DNA of 64,000 nucleotides, taken from Myxococcota bacterium (GTDB lineage Bacteria; Myxococcota_A; SURF-8). Positions 50,438-60,313 of this stretch are shown here, in pieces. How positions within the stretch are numbered: the first letter of the stretch is position 1; each line of letters opens with the position of its first letter. The notes beneath the pieces are model-generated. The model did not search any database. It had not been told where the DNA came from and saw nothing but the letters and a program-made list of their open reading frames with translations. Made by a program: the position numbers and the translations under genes. The stretch spans positions 4,896,001 through 4,960,000 of the forward strand of contig OZ223209.1 of assembly GCA_965140415.1 (NCBI GenBank), in the 5' to 3' direction.

Positions 50438-52651
50438 CTAGTCGGTCAAGTGAACCGATCCGATTTTGATGGCGTCTTCTTCTTTTTCCGGGCCGGAGAC
50501 CACCGGCAAACGCTTGTTGGAGCGGAAGAAACCGATCTTCAGATCCATGCGCCCGGTTGAGACACGTGAAGGAATCACGCCGGTCCAGGTGTCTTTGATG
50601 AACTGGCCCTTTTGCCAGCGATCGGTGGGATAATGCCCTCCTGTCGGCAGGTGATCGCCATTCAAGCGGCCTCCACCGAAATTGACATCGCCATGGATGA
50701 AAATTGAATAATCCTCGTTGACGGCGTCGAGCACCTCGAAATAAAGCGTGATGGTGATTTTCTCTCCGATCCGGTACTTCTCCTTGTCCGTCTCCCAACC
50801 CAACATCTTGATTTTATTATCCCAGTTGGCTTCGAAGGGTCTGGCCAGCACCGGACGTTGTTTGAGCAGGTAGGTGTCCTTGCTTACCGCTTCCTTTTCC
50901 AAGGGTTCGGTGGCCACCAGGTACGTGAAGGGATGGCTGGAATCCACAATGAACAGATCTCGGTTGCTTTCCTTCTTCACCTTGTTGCGCAGCTTGGAAT
51001 AGATGTTGCGATCCACCATACAAAAGAGTTTTCCCGGACGTTTAAAGAACTTGTCCGCCGATTTGACACTGCGTGAATTCAGATACACCGACTTGTTATT
51101 GAAGTAGTACGAAACACTACGGCGCTCCCAACTGTGGTATTCGCAGACCGGCTCGTCGTTGACGGCCAGTCGTTCGTAGGCTTCCCACAGTTTTTTCTGG
51201 CTCATCGTGTCCGACAAGCGCGGCATCAGCCACATGTTGCAGAACACGGAAAAGGCGATGGCGAACGCGCCCAGCAGGGCGAGATTGTAGATCCTGAAGC
51301 GTTTGAGCAGCACCGGCAATCCCATTGCGATTCCCATGGGAATGAACAGCACATACATCGCCGTGCGCGGGTCCACGCTATGCGGCAGGGCGCGGTCGTA
51401 GTAATAAATGAACAAGTGAATCAGGTACTTGTAGTTCGTCACCAGATCCTTGGCGACCACGCCGAACAGAAACACCGCCAGAAACATTTCCATGCGGGTC
51501 GCGTTGCTGACATCGCGCGGTTCACGGATCTTCGCCTCGATGTAGTGGGCGACGATCAACGCCAGGAAAGGAATGACCGGGAAAATGTAGTGGTTGAACT
51601 TGGTGCTTGAAAGAGAAAAGAAGATATACGGCATTGCAAAGCAGAAGAACGTCATCAACTGCTTGCGATTTTGATTGATATTCTCACCCACCTTGCGGTT
51701 CAAAAATCGCACGAAAGCGAAAGGCAGAAACGCCGACCAGGGGAAAGTTGCATAGAAGATCTGCCGCACGTATAAATCGAAGGTATTGTTCGGCTTCTTG
51801 ATCATGCCCGCCATTCGCTCGAAATGGTGGTAGATGAAAAACGAATGGAAATAGCTGTAACCGAATTTGCTGGTCATATACACGAACCAGGGCGCGGCGA
51901 CGGCAAAGAAGATGATCAGCCCGCGCACGAAACGCATGCGCTTTAACACCGCCCAGTCCCAGGTGACCACCACGTAGGAGCCCACAACCGAAGCAGGGAT
52001 TACGATTGCCAATAAGCCCTTGGAAAGCATGGCCAGACCGGAGAAGAACCAGAAGCCGTACATCCATCGCAACTTGTCGGGATATTTAAATAGCGCCACC
52101 AGTAAAAATCCCAAAGCCGTGGTTTGAAACACCACGTAGGGCATGTCGAAAATCGTTTGCCGGGCTATAAAGAAAAACTGTGGCGAGGTCGCCAGCACAA
52201 GCGTACTGATCAGCCCCACCCGCCAACTGAATAACCGACCGAACAGGAAGTTGAACATCACCAGACCGAAAGTGGCAATCAGCACAATCGGCAGGCGCGC
52301 GGCAAACTCCGTCTGTCCGAACACGGCGAAGGAAGGCTTTAAAAACCAGAACAGGATAACGGGCTTGGAAAACCAGCGGTCGCTATGGCGATAGGTGGGC
52401 GTCAACCAGGTATCGACCTGGGTCATTTCCATGGCCACCTGCGAATAATGCGGCTCCCAGGGATCCCAGAGCGGATAATCCATCTTGGGCAGATAGATCG
52501 CCAGAGAAACCAGCACTACCAATAGCGCCAGAATGACGTCACGATGTTTGAAAAATGGCAGAGCGCTCTGCGCTTCGTCGTTGTCCCACTGCTTCCACAT
52601 ACCTATGCTCTCCGTTTTTGTTGATCTCGACTCGTGGCGTTCGTCCATCAT
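50438..52651 (-). CDS. ArnT/PMT-like GT-C membrane glycosyltransferase with extracytoplasmic C-terminal domain
   Basis: WDPWEPHYSQVAMEM, FSKPV, EFAARLP, LSKGL, AAPWF and TKFNHYIFP motifs; many TM helices. Confidence 0.85.
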   Translation of the reverse strand: MMDERHESRSTKTESIGMWKQWDNDEAQSALPFFKHRDVILALLVVLVSLAIYLPKMDYPLWDPWEPHYSQVAMEMTQVDTWLTPTYRHSDRWFSKPVILFWFLKPSFAVFGQTEFAARLPIVLIATFGLVMFNFLFGRLFSWRVGLISTLVLATSPQFFFIARQTIFDMPYVVFQTTALGFLLVALFKYPDKLRWMYGFWFFSGLAMLSKGLLAIVIPASVVGSYVVVTWDWAVLKRMRFVRGLIIFFAVAAPWFVYMTSKFGYSYFHSFFIYHHFERMAGMIKKPNNTFDLYVRQIFYATFPWSAFLPFAFVRFLNRKVGENINQNRKQLMTFFCFAMPYIFFSLSSTKFNHYIFPVIPFLALIVAHYIEAKIREPRDVSNATRMEMFLAVFLFGVVAKDLVTNYKYLIHLFIYYYDRALPHSVDPRTAMYVLFIPMGIAMGLPVLLKRFRIYNLALLGAFAIAFSVFCNMWLMPRLSDTMSQKKLWEAYERLAVNDEPVCEYHSWERRSVSYYFNNKSVYLNSRSVKSADKFFKRPGKLFCMVDRNIYSKLRNKVKKESNRDLFIVDSSHPFTYLVATEPLEKEAVSKDTYLLKQRPVLARPFEANWDNKIKMLGWETDKEKYRIGEKITITLYFEVLDAVNEDYSIFIHGDVNFGGGRLNGDHLPTGGHYPTDRWQKGQFIKDTWTGVIPSRVSTGRMDLKIGFFRSNKRLPVVSGPEKEEDAIKIGSVHLTD

Positions 52652-52702
52652 CTGTCAAACTTGACACGATGTGATAAACCATTTAGCCGAAAACTTCAAC
52701 CT

Positions 52703-53455
52703 TCATTTTTCTCGAGATTTCTCTTCCAGATGTTTTTCAATGGCCTTGCGCACATTCGGGTCACGCAATAAGGCCTGAAACTCCGGGCTATTGATTACTT
52801 CGAATATGTTTTCGCTTTGCAGATCCTGCAATAATTTCGGGTTTTTCAATGCCTTTTCGACACTGGCGACGGAATCCTTCTTCTTCTTTTTCACAACCGG
52901 CTTTGTCTGCGACGGCTGTTTTTCGTCCAGCAGTTGCGCCTTCAGGTGCCGATACAGCCGCAGCGTTTCATCCGGAGTGATGTAGTCGATGGCCCCGGTA
53001 CGCGCCATAAAACGCATGACGTGCGACTCCTGAAAGACGGCAATGGTCTCCGGGCGCGTTTTGAAGACCTGATCCTTGACCATGCCCAGAAGCAGGATTA
53101 AAATCACCAGAATCAAGGCCGCTTTCACGATTCCCAGAAACACGCCGAGCAGACCGTCGAACACGCCGACTGTTTCCGAGCCTTCCTTCAAGGAGACGAC
53201 GAGCATCTTTCCGAGCCGATACAATAGCAGATACAGCACCAGCCAGCAGGCGGCCAGCGCCATGAACTGTCCGACACCATGCACGTTTCCCACATGTTCG
53301 GCCAACCAGGCCCGCAGAATCGGAGCCATCCAGATCGAGCCCAGATACGCCAGTACCAATGCGGCCAGTTTTACCGCCTGTAATAGTCCCCCCACGAAAT
53401 AACCGAACACCGCATAGAGGGACGCAAATATGAGACAAGCCAGATCGATGATCAT
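52703..53455 (-). CDS. cvpA: CvpA (colicin V production) family membrane protein
   Basis: MIIDL...GYFVGGL; FDGLLGVFLGIVKA; several TM segments followed by a soluble tail. Confidence 0.7.
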   Translation of the reverse strand: MIIDLACLIFASLYAVFGYFVGGLLQAVKLAALVLAYLGSIWMAPILRAWLAEHVGNVHGVGQFMALAACWLVLYLLLYRLGKMLVVSLKEGSETVGVFDGLLGVFLGIVKAALILVILILLLGMVKDQVFKTRPETIAVFQESHVMRFMARTGAIDYITPDETLRLYRHLKAQLLDEKQPSQTKPVVKKKKKDSVASVEKALKNPKLLQDLQSENIFEVINSPEFQALLRDPNVRKAIEKHLEEKSREK

Positions 53456-53803
53456 GAAAACACTCCGTTTCGGATCGCATGATCCTACCGACAGCCCCGG
53501 CTAAAGTCAATAAATCACGTGGGATTGCGGCAATTTCGCCATCGAGTCAACGTGTACTTTCGTTGACTCCGATGAGCCTTAACGAACTTTCATCGTGCGA
53601 AAAGTTACCCTACGCTGTTTGAAATCACAGGAAGGGCGTGCTATACAAATCGGCATCCCCAAAGTTTCGCTGGATTAAGCCCAATTTCCCACCCCGATGT
53701 TTGTGATTCTTGGCCTCAGTGCGTGCTTGCGCCCTCGCCCGCTTTCTGCTATGCTTCGCGCATGGAAATTTTCAGGATATTCCTTGCAATTACGGAGTGA
53801 TCC

Positions 53804-55003
53804 ATGTCTTTTCGATCGATAGTGGCAATGCTGGCGTTGATGGCCTGTCTGGGAGTGATCGGATGCGGCGATCACGGTGACAACACCGAAACGACCACCC
53901 CTCCGGCTTCCCCCGAAATGCTTAGCGCCATTCCATCTTCGGATATCTTTCTGGTACAGATTCCCGGTGAGCCGGACGATGTTTTCCGGGAAAACAGCGG
54001 CACCACGACGGACGGTGACACCGTGGCGGATGGCGACGGTGATGGCGACATCGACGGCGATACCGATGTGGAAGCCAGCGGCGGCGGCGCCGCAACGGAA
54101 GACCGTAAGGAAAGCTTTTTAAGCTCCGCCCGCATCCATGCCTACTGGCTGAATCAATCGCTGTCCCCTTACCTGGATATCATGGAGCGCATCCAGCCCT
54201 ATCCCACTCAAACGGCCACGGAGCAGCAAGTGCTCTGGCAGCTTTCACAGCCGATTTCGGAAGAAGAAACGGTCGTGCCGCAATTCACGCTGACGAAACT
54301 GAGCGACACGAAATACAGTTATCAACTGAATCTGCGCGGCACTTCCGAGCAGAGCCAGTTCCTCTCGGCCTGGCAGGGCAACATGGACCACGAACAACTG
54401 AGCGGGGAATTGTCCAGCGATTACGGCGAAGGCGTCCTGAACTTGAACTTCAGCACCATCGCCACGGTAGACAGCAGCCAGACGCGCCAGGGCACTGTTA
54501 CCCTGACCTTCAATAACAGTTCGACAGACGGTCGCAGCATCACCTTCGACTACAAAGACTATGTCGCCGTCAACGACGACCCGGACACTCCCCGCGATCT
54601 GATCCACGAATACCACTATGGCCAGAACGGCTCCGGTTACTATCACTATCAAACCTGGGACAACTGGTACCGACGCAAGCCCAACGGCGCGGAATCGGAT
54701 ACCGGGATTCTGGAAATGCTGGACCACAACGTACGCTGGGTCGGGGAAAGCGGCGGCATGCCCGGCGGCGGTGCAGCTCTGGTTACGATTACCGGGCAGG
54801 ACATCGACGATCAGAACCTGGATCATGTCGAACTGCTGGAATGCTGGGACCGCACGCTGAAACGGACCTATTCGATCACGATGTACTACTGGAAGACCGC
54901 ACCTACGGAAGGCAACCCGACCTGCAGCGAGGATTCCATCAGCGGCGATTACGATCTGTGTCCCTTCCAGAACGTATTTACGCGCCCGAGCTGCGATCAA
55001 TAA
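53804..55003 (+). CDS. Hypothetical lipoprotein
   Basis: GGAGTG SD; lipobox VIG-C; DGD-rich linker; beta-rich body ending ECWD...C...CP. Confidence 0.75.
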   Translation: MSFRSIVAMLALMACLGVIGCGDHGDNTETTTPPASPEMLSAIPSSDIFLVQIPGEPDDVFRENSGTTTDGDTVADGDGDGDIDGDTDVEASGGGAATEDRKESFLSSARIHAYWLNQSLSPYLDIMERIQPYPTQTATEQQVLWQLSQPISEEETVVPQFTLTKLSDTKYSYQLNLRGTSEQSQFLSAWQGNMDHEQLSGELSSDYGEGVLNLNFSTIATVDSSQTRQGTVTLTFNNSSTDGRSITFDYKDYVAVNDDPDTPRDLIHEYHYGQNGSGYYHYQTWDNWYRRKPNGAESDTGILEMLDHNVRWVGESGGMPGGGAALVTITGQDIDDQNLDHVELLECWDRTLKRTYSITMYYWKTAPTEGNPTCSEDSISGDYDLCPFQNVFTRPSCDQ

Positions 55004-55175
55004 CCTGCTAAATGCCGGTCGGCGCTCATCATGACCGACCGGCAACGGTGCCCGATTGGTAGCAGCCCGGAAAACAACAACAGGGCTGCTAGTAACCTCC
55101 CCTCTTTCGCGATACCATTCAGAGGGAACGTATTCTTCACCGGCCCGGGTCAAATCTAAAAGAGGAAAGTTCGTA

Positions 55176-56039
55176 ATGAAGCCAAACCGACAGCGCTTTT
55201 TTCTTGTTCTTTCGGTGCTGTTTCTTGCACTGCTCGTTTTCGGCTGCGTAAAACCGAAGCCAGACCCAAAGCGCGTTCAAACCGGTGGCAGCGGTTCGCT
55301 GCTGTACTCCCTGCATGTCGAAACAGACATCTACCGGCAGGTGGAAGTGCAAAGCACGCCGCAGGCAATTAACGCAACGACGGAAAACGCCGTAACCCAG
55401 GAAGCAATAGAGGCCGAAGACGAGCGAGAGGCCATCCAGCCGGAAACCACCTGGGTTTGGAAGAAAGTCGAAGTCGAAGAAGAACAGACCGACGACATCC
55501 AGGTTGAAGAAATCGGAACCGATGGCGAGGAGCAGGCATCCGAACATGCCGTCATGCCTACCGAAGAGCCCACCTGCTTGCAAGAGGAAGATCCCTGCGA
55601 ATGCATCGGCGACTTTTACGGCGAGGCGGCGATCATCTTCATTCCCGAACAGCCCATGAAAATCGTTTGGATGAATCGGCGCGGCTGGCCTGGGCATTAC
55701 GCCAACGGCACCCTGGTGCAGGATGGCGAAGACTGGCGCTACGGCGGACCGGTGCCGGGCGAGTTGGGTGGCTGCGAAGTCAGCAAGATGACCTGGGACT
55801 TCATGCAACGCTTGACGGAGTTGGAGTTGACCTGTCGCTGGGAGAACACGGAATACGAGTGCCGGGGCGAAGACCAGATCGAACTGAAGGTTTCAGAGCC
55901 ACAGGACATCAAACCGGAAGTCAAGGAACTGCCCTGGACCACCGAACTGGAGGGAACCGTCATTCGCTACGGCGACGAGCAACTGCGGGAGCCTTTGCCT
56001 GCATTCACTACGGAAACCGAAACCGATAGCGAACAGTAA
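55176..56039 (+). CDS. Hypothetical acidic lipoprotein
   Basis: GAGG SD; MKPNRQRFFLVLSVLFLALLVFG-C lipobox; Glu-rich. Confidence 0.7.
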   Translation: MKPNRQRFFLVLSVLFLALLVFGCVKPKPDPKRVQTGGSGSLLYSLHVETDIYRQVEVQSTPQAINATTENAVTQEAIEAEDEREAIQPETTWVWKKVEVEEEQTDDIQVEEIGTDGEEQASEHAVMPTEEPTCLQEEDPCECIGDFYGEAAIIFIPEQPMKIVWMNRRGWPGHYANGTLVQDGEDWRYGGPVPGELGGCEVSKMTWDFMQRLTELELTCRWENTEYECRGEDQIELKVSEPQDIKPEVKELPWTTELEGTVIRYGDEQLREPLPAFTTETETDSEQ

Positions 56040-56045
56040 GCTGCA

Positions 56046-57047
56046 ATGGATGCGATTAGCGTACAAGACCTGACGAAACACTACCACAGCAGCCTGCGGC
56101 GCGAGGGATTGGCCGGAAGCCTTGTCGATCTCTTTTCCAGGCGTAAGCAGCTGGTCAAAGCGGTGGAAAACGTCAGTTTCCGCGTCGAACAGGGCGAGAC
56201 AATCGGTCTGATCGGCCCCAACGGAGCGGGAAAATCCACCATCATCAAAATGCTTACCGGCATTTTAAAGCCGACTTCCGGCACGCTATCGGTGCTGGGT
56301 ATCACGCCTTTCCAACAGCGCAAACAACACGCCATGCAGATCGGCGTGGTCTTCGGCCAGCGCAGCCAGCTCTGGTGGGATCTGGCGGTTATCGAAGCCT
56401 TTCGCCTGCTGGGTAAAATCTATCAGGTTCCCCAACAGGATTTTCAAGCGCGGCTGGAGGCGTTTATCGACATTCTGGAGTTGGCTCCGATCCTGAATCG
56501 GCAGGTGCGTAAATTATCACTGGGCCAGCGTATGCGCTGCGATCTGGCGGCGTCATTGCTGCACAATCCACCGGTACTGTTTCTGGATGAGCCGACCATC
56601 GGCATGGATGTAGCGGTCAAGGCGCGTATGCGGGATTTCATCCGGCACATCCGCAGCGAATTCGGAACGACGATCTGTTTGACCACACACGACACCTCGG
56701 ATATCGAGGAACTATGCAGCCGCCTGATTCTGATCGATCGTGGACAGGTGCTGTTCGACGACTCACTGGAACGCTTTAAAACGATGCACGGCCATTACCG
56801 GACCTTGACCATCGATTTCGAAAACCTGTTAAGCGAAGAAGATCTGCAACGCCAGTTGAAGCAAATGGATGTCACGGCACAATGTCCCTTCCCCGGACGG
56901 GTGGAGGTCACCTTCAACCGCGAGCATTTCACGGCGCTGCAACTGATGCAAAAGCTTGGCGACAACTTCAGCATCCGCGACTTTCAAACCTCGGAAGTCA
57001 AGATCGAGGAGATCATCCGCACCATGTACGAGGGGTTCTCGTCGTGA
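56046..57047 (+). CDS. ABC-2 type transporter ATP-binding protein
   Basis: GPNGAGKST, VFGQRSQLWWDL, LSLGQRMR, LDEPTIG motifs. Confidence 0.95.
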   Translation: MDAISVQDLTKHYHSSLRREGLAGSLVDLFSRRKQLVKAVENVSFRVEQGETIGLIGPNGAGKSTIIKMLTGILKPTSGTLSVLGITPFQQRKQHAMQIGVVFGQRSQLWWDLAVIEAFRLLGKIYQVPQQDFQARLEAFIDILELAPILNRQVRKLSLGQRMRCDLAASLLHNPPVLFLDEPTIGMDVAVKARMRDFIRHIRSEFGTTICLTTHDTSDIEELCSRLILIDRGQVLFDDSLERFKTMHGHYRTLTIDFENLLSEEDLQRQLKQMDVTAQCPFPGRVEVTFNREHFTALQLMQKLGDNFSIRDFQTSEVKIEEIIRTMYEGFSS

Positions 57048-57853
57048 GCAGTTTACGCGCCTACCTGCATTACATCAAACTCGGTTTTCTGGAACTGATG
57101 GCCTACCGCATCACCATCATCATGCTGACGCTATCGATTCCGATCACGATGTTCGCGCGCTACTACGTCTTTAAATCTCTGTATGAAAACGACACGCCGG
57201 TCGCCTCGGTGGAAGGCTACACTGTACGTGGCATATTGACGTATTTAGCCCTTACAGTGTTATTGCGTTCCTTCTTCCGCAGCGCCATCGACCGCCGCAT
57301 CGGGCGAGCCGTGCGCGACGGTCACATCGTGTTCGAGTTGATTCGTCCGCTGAACTACAACCTGATCATGTTCTTTCGCGCCGTCGGAAAAAGCGCCAAC
57401 CGCTTCATGTTCGTGTCGTTACCACTGGTGCTACTGTTTCTGTTCACGGATATTCTACTTCTTCCCCATGATCCGACGATTTGGCTCGTGTTTCTGGCAG
57501 CCTGCGTCAACGGTTATCTGCTGGCGTATTCACTGGAATTCTTTATCGGCATTCTAAGCTTTTTCACCGGATACAATATCGGCTTGATCTGGACCTTCGA
57601 CATGCTCACGACCTTCATGGCGGGACTGATCGTCCCGCTGCACTTTTTCCCGGAGCAGATCGCGAATATCCTACTGCACCTGCCCTTCCGGCACGTTTTC
57701 TACACCCCGGCACAATTGCTGTTGGGGCAGATTCCGCTTTCCGACGCGCCACCTCTGCTGCTCAACAGCTTTGTCTGGGTAATCGCAATCGGCTTGGTCA
57801 ACTACATGTTGTTTCGAATCGGGCGTGCTCGGCTGGCCATTGCAGGCGGCTGA
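57044..57853 (+). CDS. ABC-2 type transporter permease (DUF990/ABC2_membrane_6-like)
   Basis: GTG start overlapping the ATPase stop; VRDGHIVFELIRP, AGLIVPLHFFP, LPF...YTP, terminal IAGG. Confidence 0.88.
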   Translation: MSSLRAYLHYIKLGFLELMAYRITIIMLTLSIPITMFARYYVFKSLYENDTPVASVEGYTVRGILTYLALTVLLRSFFRSAIDRRIGRAVRDGHIVFELIRPLNYNLIMFFRAVGKSANRFMFVSLPLVLLFLFTDILLLPHDPTIWLVFLAACVNGYLLAYSLEFFIGILSFFTGYNIGLIWTFDMLTTFMAGLIVPLHFFPEQIANILLHLPFRHVFYTPAQLLLGQIPLSDAPPLLLNSFVWVIAIGLVNYMLFRIGRARLAIAGG

Positions 57854-57885
57854 AGAGAATCGGGAATGCTGTTGCCATAGCAACT

Positions 57886-58024
57886 CTTAATCATTTTTAA
57901 CCACGGATTCAAAGATTTTGTGCCATAGTCTTACGCGATCGAAAATCGTGGAAGTCTGTGTGTCTTCAATAAGTTACACACGGCCTCCCGGAATTTCCAT
58001 TCCGTGAGACCATGGCACATCGTG
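57886..58024 (-). repeat. Dispersed ~138-bp intergenic repeat, copy 2 (inverted)
   Basis: Reverse complement matches 50217-50354. Confidence 0.9.
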
Positions 58025-58059
58025 ATTGCTTGATGAACAGAATTGAATTATATCTGCGC

Positions 58060-59025
58060 TTACCCGCGCATGTTTTTGGAAAACGGCAGGCTCTGTTGAT
58101 GCTTGTCGTATTCGATGGCGCCGATCCAGTCGTTGATGTCGGAGACTCCCATTTCCGCCAATAACGCCTGCATCCCGCCGGGCATCTCGGCCATGGCAGT
58201 CGGATTGACGAAGGAGGCCGTACCGACCTGCACCGCACAAGCACCCACCAGCATGAACTCCAACGCATCCTGAGCGGTCATGATACCGCCCATGCCGATC
58301 ACCGGAACGCTGACCGCCCGGCAGACGTCGTGCGTCATACGCAGCGCCAGCGGCTTGATGGCAGGCCCGGAAAGACCGCCGATAATGTTCGCCAGGATGG
58401 GGCGTCGATTGCGAATGTTCACGGCCATACCGGTGAAGGTGTTGACCAGGCTCAGCGCATCCGCCCCGGCATCGACAGCCGTTTTGGCCATCATAGCGAT
58501 ATCGGTCACATTGGGTGACAGTTTCACGATCAGCGGCACCTTGCAGAACTTTTTCGCCTCGGCCACCACTTCGGCCATCTGCTTGGGATCGGTGCCGAAC
58601 ACGATGCCGCCCTCGCGCACGTTGGGACAACTGATGTTCATTTCCAGCGCGTCCACGCCATCCACCGAGGAAAGCTTTTCGGCCAGTTCGGCGTATTCCG
58701 CCACGGTATGACCGTAGAAATTCACGATGCAGGCGGTTTCGGTCAGGCTTTTCAAAAACGGCAGCTTCTTTTCAACGAACACATCCAGCCCGACGTTATT
58801 CAGGCCGATGGCGTTAAGCATACCGCTGGGTGTTTCCCAGATGCGCGGTGTCGGATTGCCCGCCTTGGGTTGCAGGCTGATCCCCTTGGTGGCGATGCCA
58901 CCCAATAGCGCAGGATCGAAAAAGTCAGAAAGATCTTCGCCGTAACCGAAGGTGCCCGAGGCGGCGATGATCGGGTTTTTCAATGTCAGGCCGAAGCAGT
59001 CGACCGCAAGTTTGACGTCGCTCAT
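58060..59025 (-). CDS. pyrD: Dihydroorotate dehydrogenase B, catalytic subunit
   Basis: ASGTFGYG, GMLNAIGL, NISCPNV, VKLSPNV, GGLSGPAIKP, GMGGI motifs. Confidence 0.96.
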   Translation of the reverse strand: MSDVKLAVDCFGLTLKNPIIAASGTFGYGEDLSDFFDPALLGGIATKGISLQPKAGNPTPRIWETPSGMLNAIGLNNVGLDVFVEKKLPFLKSLTETACIVNFYGHTVAEYAELAEKLSSVDGVDALEMNISCPNVREGGIVFGTDPKQMAEVVAEAKKFCKVPLIVKLSPNVTDIAMMAKTAVDAGADALSLVNTFTGMAVNIRNRRPILANIIGGLSGPAIKPLALRMTHDVCRAVSVPVIGMGGIMTAQDALEFMLVGACAVQVGTASFVNPTAMAEMPGGMQALLAEMGVSDINDWIGAIEYDKHQQSLPFSKNMRG

Positions 59026-59840
59026 CACTTCACCTCCTGCCGACCATAATCCGAAAGCTCCTGCGCCTGAAAGACCGGACCTTCCTTGCAGACCCGCACG
59101 AAGTTGCCGTGATCGTCCTTGGTTACGCAACCCAGACAAACGCCGAAACCGCAGCCCATAATCGCCTCCAGCGAAAGCTGGCAACTAAGCTTGTGCTCCA
59201 AGGCAATTTTACCGACGGCCTTCATCATCGGTTCCGGGCCGCAGCAGAACAGTTCGGTATTTGCATCAACCCCGGTTGCGATAATGTCCGTCAATAGCGC
59301 CGTCACCAGGCCCTGCTTGCCCAGGCTACCGTCTTCGGTAGCCACGCGCACGTTGACATTCAGCTCCTCCAACTGCCGGATGGCCTGAACATCCACTTTG
59401 GAACGACCGCCGATCAAAGCGACTTTGCGCACGTTCTTCATTTTCGGATGTGCTGCCAGTTCCACAAAAGGCGCAACGCCGATCCCGCCAGCCACGAAGA
59501 TGGCGCTTTTCATTGCGGAATCGATTGTAAACGGTTTTCCAAGCGGACCGACGAGTTCCACCTGTGTGCCGATCGGAAGCTGGCGCATCTGATGCGAACC
59601 ACGCCCGACATCCTTGATCAACAGATCCAACCGCCCTTCCGGGTTGCGGTGATCGGGCATGACGGCCCGGCAGATCGAATACGGACGCTTTAAGAACGGG
59701 TCTTGCAGACCGCTTGCACCGAGCATGATAAACTGCCCCGGCAGCGCCGCAGTCGCAAAAGGATAGCCCAGTTGCAGCAGGTAGTAATAACCGCCGGTAG
59801 ATTGCCGGCCTAGAATACGCGTGCTCGTTTTTTGCATCAT
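59025..59840 (-). CDS. pyrK: Dihydroorotate dehydrogenase B, electron transfer subunit
   Basis: PGQF, RPYS, GPLG, AGGIGVAP, CGPEPMM, 2Fe-2S motif CGFGVCLGC...VCKEGPVF. Confidence 0.95.
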   Translation of the reverse strand: MMQKTSTRILGRQSTGGYYYLLQLGYPFATAALPGQFIMLGASGLQDPFLKRPYSICRAVMPDHRNPEGRLDLLIKDVGRGSHQMRQLPIGTQVELVGPLGKPFTIDSAMKSAIFVAGGIGVAPFVELAAHPKMKNVRKVALIGGRSKVDVQAIRQLEELNVNVRVATEDGSLGKQGLVTALLTDIIATGVDANTELFCCGPEPMMKAVGKIALEHKLSCQLSLEAIMGCGFGVCLGCVTKDDHGNFVRVCKEGPVFQAQELSDYGRQEVK

Positions 59841-60313
59841 GACAGGGTTAGCTCCATCAGTATCGCGTCTTCATTATCCGCTTGGTAGTAGTTCTTCCGC
59901 TTGCCGACCGCCACGAAGTCAAACCGTTCGTAAAGGCTTATCGCCTCGATATTACTTTCGCGCACCTCCAGCGTAACATGAATGTGCCCGCTGGACCTGC
60001 ATTCTTCCAACATGCTGCGAAGCAGCATCTCGCCGATGCCCTGTCGTCGGAAATCGGGCGAAACCGCCACATTCATCAAATGAGCTTCGTCGAGCACGGT
60101 CCAGTATATCAGATAGCCGAGCACGTGCGGCTCTTCTTTTTGCCGGGCGACCCGCTGCTTGGAGCGCGGGTTGAAAAATTCGTTTACGAACAGATCCGGC
60201 GTCCAGGGTGAACGAAAGCAAAGCCGCTCGATGTCGAGCACCTCGTCCAGATCGTCCAGCTGCATCTGCTCCCACAGAATGTCTGGCTGTGTTTTCTGGG
60301 CTGGATCGCTCAC
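59837..60313 (-). CDS. rimI: Ribosomal protein S18 alanine N-acetyltransferase
   Basis: EAHLMNVAV...RRQGIG, LEVRESN, RKNYY...EDAILM. Confidence 0.92.
   Translation of the reverse strand: MSDPAQKTQPDILWEQMQLDDLDEVLDIERLCFRSPWTPDLFVNEFFNPRSKQRVARQKEEPHVLGYLIYWTVLDEAHLMNVAVSPDFRRQGIGEMLLRSMLEECRSSGHIHVTLEVRESNIEAISLYERFDFVAVGKRKNYYQADNEDAILMELTLS

Noticed and set aside
50217-58024. Composite transposon or IS ends
   Set aside because: No transposase or recombinase between or beside the repeats, and no target-site duplication noticed
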